A stretch of 11,206 nucleotides of DNA, taken from Azolla caroliniana. Lineage: Eukaryota > Plantae > Polypodiophyta. The translations under genes and the position numbers were made by a program. The first letter of the stretch is position 1; each line of letters begins with the position of its first letter. Shown piece by piece: positions 1 through 6,811 of the stretch. The notes under the pieces were generated by a model. That model was not told the DNA's origin. It did no database searches and saw nothing but the letters and a program-made list of their open reading frames with translations. The DNA lies in contig JBHGNT010001180.1 of the NCBI GenBank assembly GCA_043228905.1, forward strand, positions 1 to 11,206, given 5' to 3'.

Positions 1-59
1 ATCCATTGCTCCCAGTCCACAAAAATATCTGGCTTCCACTTCCCCATATTTCTCAAAAC

Positions 60-480
60 ACTTTATCTCCCAACGTGATTCGCACGATAAAACTACATTC
101 GTAGCAATTTTTTCTTCTTCTTTTTGTTTGCAAAGCTTTAACCATTAGGTTATGGAATTGAATTGAGTACGCAAGGAACTTTCGGAATGAGGTGCCCTAA
201 CAATTTCACGACAAAAAAATAAGCAAAGTTCTAACAAAATCTTAATGGGTAGTGAAGTACTAGCATTACCATCTTTCCTTCTTTGGTTTGTTGAATCAAG
301 ACTATGGAAACAATGTGTCTCGAGAAAATCAAACTCTACGCCGTGAAGTGTGAGGCGGATGTTCCAAAGATCTAGTGAGAAATCGGGAGTCGAAAAGCAT
401 GGAATGGAGCGGATCGCATGTGTTCGCACATCAAAGTCGCTCTCGAAGAGCTTGTTGGGCATCATTTGACTTCATCAAAC
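60..480 (+). pseudogene. Possible heavily decayed TIR-domain-like remnant
   Basis: Fragments in TIR-like order across shifting frames: FISQRDSHDKTTFVAI (62-109), SITIF / FVESRLW (about 260-307), LYAVK..DV (about 335-363), KVALEELVG (about 433-459). Resemblance by eye only. Confidence 0.25.
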
Positions 481-736
481 TTGCCAGAATATACGTCTCT
501 CTCTTCTTTTTTCTGTAAATAATGGCTTTCATTACAAAAGAACAAACACCACCATGACTAACTTACTACAAAGTATAGAACCCTTGTATCTAGGGATCTA
601 AAGACTACCACGACTCCAAACTCAATGCCACCCTACACACCTATTCAAATGGCGAATATATACGTCTCTCTCTCTCTCTTGGCCAGAGTTCTTTTGTTTA
701 TTTAATGTGGAATTCCAAAAGCATATGGTCTTTCCA

Positions 737-848
737 TATGTATGTATGTATGTATGTATACTCATCCCACGCAACCCACCCTTATGTATGTATGTATGCA
801 ATCCTTATGTATGTATGTACCTATATGCATTCCACACGATCCTTATGC
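737..848. repeat. Cluster of (TATG)n tracts
   Basis: (TATG)5 at 737-756, (TATG)4 at 783-798, (TATG)3 at 806-817. The last two, and a single unit at 841-847, are preceded by CCT. Confidence 0.9.
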
Positions 849-941
849 ACTCCCTAGTTCAATATATCTGGTCGATTTCTTTACTAGGGGAGAGTATATC
901 CACTTGTAGATAGCCCCAAAAAAGAAGAGTGAGATCTGTGT

Positions 942-986
942 GAGAGAGAGAGAGAGAGTGTGTGTGTGTGTGTGTGTATGTGTGTG
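942..986. repeat. (GA)n-(TG)n compound dinucleotide microsatellite just upstream of the dioxygenase ATG
   Basis: GA run 942-958, then a TG run to 986 with one TA interruption. Confidence 0.95.
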
Positions 987-1002
987 AGTGATAACAAACA
1001 TC

Positions 1003-1464
1003 ATGGAACAACCACCAGCAACACAGACACCAACCCTAACAACTCAACAACAAAAACAAGAAGAAGAAGAAGAAGAAGGATTCCCTACCAAGTTTGGGGA
1101 CCCAGTTAGGTCCTATGATGTGCACATCTACTACTTCCATACCGATGAAGCCCAAACCCGGGTGGCCCGAGAGCTCCGCGAGGAGATCATCCAGAGATTC
1201 CCCGAGGCCGTCGTGTACAAGCTATGGGACCGCCCCATCGGACCCCACCCCGTCGGTATGTTCGAAGTGGACCTCAAGAAACCCGCTCACTTCGCGCGCT
1301 TCGTCCCGTGGTTCAACGTGAACCGGCACGGCCTCTCGGCCCTTGTTCATCCCAACACCGGATTCCCTCTCCTCGACCATACCCGGAACGCCATGTGGAT
1401 CGGCCAGCCTTTCCCTCTTAACACATCTTGCCTCAAAGATGAAGACCCCAAGTATGGACTCTAA
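1003..1464 (+). CDS. DOPA 4,5-dioxygenase family protein (Amanita DodA-like / Pfam DOPA_dioxygen type), single exon, 153 aa
   Basis: Motifs YDVHIYY, FPE, WDRPIGPHPVGMFEV, FVPWFNVNRHGLSALVHPNTG and DHTRNAMWIGQPFPL match, in order and spacing, the fungal/bacterial DOPA-dioxygenase family including its conserved His residues (recognised from memory, no search run). The ORF track starts at GTG 988; the first in-frame ATG is 1003 in a good eukaryotic context (ATCATGG). TAA at 1462-1464, no stops or introns. Confidence 0.9.
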   Translation: MEQPPATQTPTLTTQQQKQEEEEEEGFPTKFGDPVRSYDVHIYYFHTDEAQTRVARELREEIIQRFPEAVVYKLWDRPIGPHPVGMFEVDLKKPAHFARFVPWFNVNRHGLSALVHPNTGFPLLDHTRNAMWIGQPFPLNTSCLKDEDPKYGL

Positions 1465-1740
1465 GCTTAAGGCCAAAGGATTTTAAAACTTATTGGTGTT
1501 TTGCTTTGTTGAATGGCCTTTTAATAATTTATTCTCGCATTTAATACCATCGTCGTCATCATCATATGAATTTCCCAAGCCTTGTAAGTAGATCTGCTTC
1601 CAAATTTTGCTTGTAATGTGATTGTTATGCAAATTTTATCCGACATTGAGAGTAGTACAGAAATTGAAGCTTGTTGAAGGTGGTTGTGATGGCCAGCTAG
1701 TGAGGTTAGGGGTTTTACCACTAGGTACACACACATAGAT

Positions 1741-1741
1741 A

Positions 1742-1772
<31 letters not shown>

Positions 1773-1848
1773 GTGTGTGTGTATGTGGATGTGGATGTGG
1801 ATGTGGATGTGGATGTGGATGTGGATGTGCATGTGCATGTGCATGTGC
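1741..1848. repeat. Compound hexamer microsatellite (ATGTGT)6 GTGTGT (ATGTGG)7 (ATGTGC)4
   Basis: 18 six-base units in unbroken register, read directly. Confidence 0.97.
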
Positions 1849-2376
1849 AACCCAAACAAGAGTCATGTCTTTGTAAGGTTTGTAATGGATTCGAAGGGAT
1901 TGTAAGGTTGCTAATATATTCCGCAAGTCTCTTAGTTTTCCCATTGTTATTGTCATACAATCTTTTTATGTTTTGAGACAAGTCTTTTGAGGCCACAAAG
2001 ATTATCGATGATTCAAATAAAAGTTGGTGAGGTGCTATGTTACCTCATGTCGGAAGGTTAAGTAAACAAATTCTTGACATCATACCTTGATGTTGGAAGT
2101 TTAAGGCAAACAAAACTTGGTGTATATGATAGATTGCTTAGTTTTAAATGGGTAAGTTTCAATAATAACCTTTATGATGTGAATGGGTACATATTTAGGT
2201 TTCCCACAATAATATAAGTTTGCTATAAAAAGGGCGTGAGATAAATTAAATGATAGGCTTTATATAATAATTTAGATGGTGATGACTCAATGAGGTTTCT
2301 CGAATACCAAAGGAGCAAGAAAAAAGGAACTCAAAATGCATAGCAAATGATGACCTATGGAACTATCTCACATTTG

Positions 2377-4870
2377 AGCTTCATGTTATAAGATTGTAGA
2401 GAATATTCAAGAAATAAAGGCTCAAGATTAAGTGAGGTAGCTCATGGTACAAGTATTTTATTTATGATTGAAACTTGCGAACATGAAGCTAAATGTATAC
2501 CTAATATTGATGTTCACATCATAAAATCTATATGGTTCCGTAGTAGGAGTAATATTTGAAGAGTATGGCCAGCATTTATTTATCGTGAGAACTTGGGAAA
2601 CTATATACAATTATGATGAATACATTGTTTAAAGGTAAACTTTCTTTGGCATCTTGTTACATTCCTCATAGAGAGTCCAGACTCCAATTACTATATTTTT
2701 TATGAGCTAGATCATGATGATCCTTGTTTGTGTTGGAAAAGTATTAGTTGTGGGTTTTTTTAATGCTAGAATTGTAACATAATTAAGAATTATAATGCTA
2801 AAATTCTTAGTTATGAGCTAGAATTGTGGGGTATTTTAATGCTAGAATTGTAATGGTGTCAGATTTGTCACATGACTAAGAAGATACAAGATTATGGTGG
2901 GTTTCTCATACACAAGCTTAATTGCACAAACTTGAAGATTTTCAATGGTACCCATGTGGTTCCAATGACAAATGTTTTCAAATGTCTCCCAACCTCGCAA
3001 GGAGGAAGTGTAATTGACTATGTATTGGCGAAAGAATCGGATGCATCCATGGTGAATACATTCAGAATTGGCCCATTTTCACCTTGTTCAAGACCCCAAG
3101 CCCTTATACTTCCACATTGCAACTAAAAATTCACACATTGATCAATGCACTTAGAGTCCAAAAAGAGGTACATTACGCAACCTTGTTGTCAAAAGCTAAT
3201 CCAAATGCAAAAGAGGTTGATTGTTATGTCATGAACCTCTCTCCCTTAGCAAAGATGAGAAAACAAAGTAGGAGCAATTGAAGGATGCCATTTTCGAGGT
3301 AGGTTGTCAATATTTCAATGCACTCATGTAGGTGGACATTGAATGCTTAGTTTCCCATGTAATGCAAGGTTCATCTTTAAAATTTTAAGGCCGCAAAATA
3401 AAAAAAATTAATGCCCTAACATTGTATCAAGATCAAAGAATGGTGAGGAGAAATAAGAGGCCATTTTATCAAATGCAAGAAAGGAAGGAAAGGGAAAGGT
3501 TTAGACTCTAATGAAAGTTAGCATGGACACAATTCGAGGGAAAAAGAAGATATAGTAGTGAATTCACCAATGAAGAGATTGAACAATATATATTGATAAG
3601 CTTCATATGCACAATGGGATAATAATTATGACATTGAGAATGGAAACACCATATAAGTCATGTGTGTCTATTCAAGATGTTAATAGAGAGGCAAAAAAAT
3701 GTTTGGTGGCAAAATAGTGGCTGTAACTTAATGGAAATGGACGAGACCACAAACTTGCCAATGGATAAGGACTATCATGGATCAAGCTTTCAAACAATGT
3801 TTACTAGAAGATTGGCTCACGAATTGGATTTTTAAAAAAATTATGGTGATAAGGGCAATACAGCCAAGACATTACTCACTTCTACACACAAGGTATAACC
3901 AATACAAATGGTACAAACCTTCAAATATCATGGTATTAATATCCTTCGACAAATGTATGTTATGGTTCTAGATTTCAAGTGGGTTGGAATAGTTATTATA
4001 TCTTTAAGAATCAATGCAAAAATGATACTTAGGAATGGAAAGTGAAATTGATGTTTATTCAATACTATGGTGGTCTATTGCTTTATGGAATGGAAGTTTG
4101 GGGTGGCAATATCACACTTAATTCATGGAATGAAACGGAGACAAACCAAATTTTGTTCTTATGCAGAAAATTGGGGATAAAATACTATCCTATTATGTTA
4201 TAACGGGCCATAGAGGTATTATCCATGCAAAGAGTATATATACATCACAAAAGTCAAGAATATGCTTGATCAAAGAAGCATGCTTGGAACATAGGAAGCA
4301 AGGGACAAAAAACTATTAAGACTAAAATCCTCTTATCTAGATGAGCACTTGACATAAGGAAATGTTTTAAGAGATGGGGAGTAAACATCTATCAGAGCTC
4401 TCATGTGAGACTACAAAGTATGTGATCATAGGGGATATATTAATAAATGCACGAAGGATGTGGCAAGAGGTTAAAATGTCAAACTTGGAATATACATTGC
4501 AAACATTAACCCCCAACGTTTGCCCCAATACAAGGTAAACTGTAAAAGCGCCAAAACATATCTAACCATTTCTTCCCCATGACCCTTGGCTCTCAACAAG
4601 CCTAAACACTTCTTTGAACTCACTCACACAAATTAGGTGTTGAGGTAGCATCATGACATCATCACCCAAGCATGAAGACATGCAAGGTTGGCGATGAAAA
4701 CTTAATGGAGGATGATTGTCACTTGCTTCTTGCATGCTCCATGTATAAGGCAATTCACAAGAAGTATGATGACTTGTTAGACAAGCATGATAATTCAAGT
4801 GTCATACTCAATTCCCCACCAAGAAAGATGAGCACGTATCTATGTGCTTTAATTTCACAAAGAGAGTTCT
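2377..4870 (+). mobile_element. Decayed non-LTR retrotransposon (LINE ORF2 remnant: AP-endonuclease, truncated RT, C-terminal CCHC region)
   Basis: Fragmented + strand translations in LINE ORF2 order: ILFMIETCEH (about 2455; APE I.L.ET motif), GFFNARI (about 2755; GDFNAR), GGSVIDYVL (about 3001; S.IDY), MVQTFKYHGINI (about 3910; FKYLG), LLYGMEVWGG (about 4080), HKLGVEV..KTCKV..EDDCHLLLACSMYKAI (4627-4755; zinc-knuckle region). Many stops and frameshifts. Boundaries approximate; an ORF1/5' part may extend towards about 2000. Confidence 0.85.
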
Positions 4871-5949
4871 TGCTACAAAGTAGTAAACCCCCTTCTGAGG
4901 AAGGGGATGCATACAAGTTGATATGTTTATTTAGAAATTAGTCCAATAGATCAAATTTGGCCACCTCGTGGATGATAAAAATTCTATTATGTTCTATTCT
5001 TATATTTTGGTTTTCTTGCCGTCTATAATCAATGCTCATTATTACAATTTCAATTTTATGTTGTACTTTTTTGCAAATCCTCACTTGAGCAAGTCCAACA
5101 TCAATGACATTATCACGAGGATAAATCATTAGTTCAATGTCACATTTGTTGCCACTTTCTTAGCTTACCGTAGAAGAGCCACCTTTTTGTTCAATGTCTA
5201 CTCAATAATCATTGTTTAACAGTTCATCATTAACTTGGTCACTAATGAAGCCATGTTACTTCACACAAAAGTTATGCTACCCATTTGCTTTTGATGTGTT
5301 AAATGTGAAACATCTCTTTTTTTCATATAATAACTTCGGCTTACTGCACCGATGACAATATAACTTGTCAAATGCTTGTGTCACTTTTTTGTTTTGTGCC
5401 ACAAAGTCATAATCAACTTTTCTAGAGAGCCTCATACAAAGAACCTACGTAGTCTTTGAAATATAAAGAAATCTCCATTGCAAAACACTTGTGCAAGTTG
5501 ACATGACATCTATTAAAAATGTGAGTACAATTTTGATAATGTCGTAGTTGGCAATGGTATGACATAATGCATTACAATACCAATGGTGTAAAGGTATGAC
5601 ACAATGAATCAATCTACCAATGACATAAATCTCTTGCAATTAAGCATCCAAAATCCATCATGACTATTAATAATGTATTATCATGTTACGTAAACCATTG
5701 ACGACAATGACTATTTTTTAAACTTCTAATTGCAACCCTACCCATGTTGATACTCTAGGACTCCTCGTGCTCCTCTTCAATTACAGAACTTTTTTAGCTA
5801 CACGTGCTTTTGCCAGCTCTACAAATTTTGTTAAGGAGAGAGTACATCAATAATACGATTGAATGCTTGGAATGATCTTGGCACCCTACACTAACTTTAA
5901 CGCATCACAAAGAGATGAAAATGATAATATCTTAACATGCTCCGGTGGC

Positions 5950-6368
5950 TAGGAGTTGGCAATGGTTCGGCTCAAGCCCGAACCAAACTGTTAAACAGTT
6001 TGGCGGCTTGGCGTTCAATTCAGTTCGGTTCAGGCTTGAACCTGCTTAAACAATTTGAGTTCGAGTTGGTTTGGGTTGAACCATGATTAACTGGCTCAAA
6101 CCAGTTAAGCCATTTATATAATTTTCAATTACTAGAGAGAGAAATGAAGGTGTCACATCCCTATTGTCCCAAAAACTGAGTGAGAAAAGAAAAGCAAAAA
6201 TTAGCACAAACATATCAATAAAGGGTTCGTTTCGCTTAACCAGTTTAGGGTCTGGTTCAATTCAGCTTGGTTAAAGTTCGAACTTCCCCAATTCAGTTAA
6301 GCCTTAACCGGTTTGTCTAGGAAAATGCCAAACCGGTTAAGCTGAAACCAAACCGTTGCTGATTCCTA
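5950..6368. mobile_element. Non-autonomous hAT-type element / MITE, 419 bp
   Basis: Ends TAGGAGTTGGCAATGGTTCGG... and ...CCAAACCGTTGCTGATTCCTA form imperfect TIRs (TAGG...CCTA). Flanked by an 8-bp near-duplication, CCGGTGGC (5942-5949) and CCAGTGGC (6369-6376). Both arms are dense in GGTTC/AACC(G) subterminal repeats around an A-rich core. An 8-bp TSD is typical of hAT. Confidence 0.85.
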
Positions 6369-6715
6369 CCAGTGGCTAGAACTCTTTCCTCTAAGTATGG
6401 CCACTTATGTATTTTTTGTACAGGAACTCTTATGGGGTTGGTGGGTGCATCTAGCTCGAAGTTTATGCATGCCATGATTGATGGGTGGGAATCATAAGGT
6501 ACGATCCATACAAAATCACCTCTCCATGGATGTGAAAGCAGAAAAATGTCATAGTTACGACTTATATGAAAAAGCACAAAAGGAGCAAACGTAAGGTGTA
6601 AACAATGTACATATCAAGAAAATATTGGCAGTGACCACAGGTAATAATAGTATGTGTTTTGGAGGAAAATTTTACAAATAACTGAGTAGTACCGTTTAGC
6701 GCATTAAGGTTAACT

Positions 6716-6811
6716 CTAGCTCACATATTCAGATATAGGCTCACCATCAGATATGGTGGTATTTGATGTATGAAATAACACTTCCGGCACACCAGACCCA
6801 TCCCTAGCAAT
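6716..6811 (-). CDS. FBN7: FBN7-like last coding exon, 96 nt (IARDGSGVPEVL...EYVS*)
   Basis: Acceptor ttcttgcAG (6813-6812), TAG at 6718-6716; RD..G motif that follows YLD in fibrillins. Confidence 0.9.
   Translation of the reverse strand: MARDGSGVPEVLFHTSNTTISDGEPISEYVS

Noticed and set aside
487-680. Direct repeat GAATA(TA)TACGTCTCTCTC at about 487 and 654 as a TSD or LTR
   Set aside because: Short, partly a CT microsatellite, and no TIR or LTR structure between the copies.
707-913. 68-aa ORF rich in YVCM
   Set aside because: Translation of the TATG repeats.
988-1002. GTG start given by the ORF track
   Set aside because: Eukaryotic context; ATG 1003 is in frame with a good context.
1094-1476. 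Alternative-frame and antisense ORFs overlapping the dioxygenase
   Set aside because: Shadow ORFs expected from high GC3; no recognisable motifs.
1521-1996. His-rich and dipeptide-repeat ORFs (1521..1859, 1636..1956, 1721..1996, 1743..1976) that look like metal-binding peptides
   Set aside because: All are translations of the stop-free hexamer microsatellite at 1741-1848; no other coding signal.
4889-4906. CCCCTTC-TGAG-GAAGGGG hairpin containing CTGAGGA near the LINE 3' end, considered as a hammerhead ribozyme or terminator
   Set aside because: No stem II followed by GAAA and no stem III; rho-independent terminators are irrelevant in a plant nucleus; a 7-bp stem can arise by chance.
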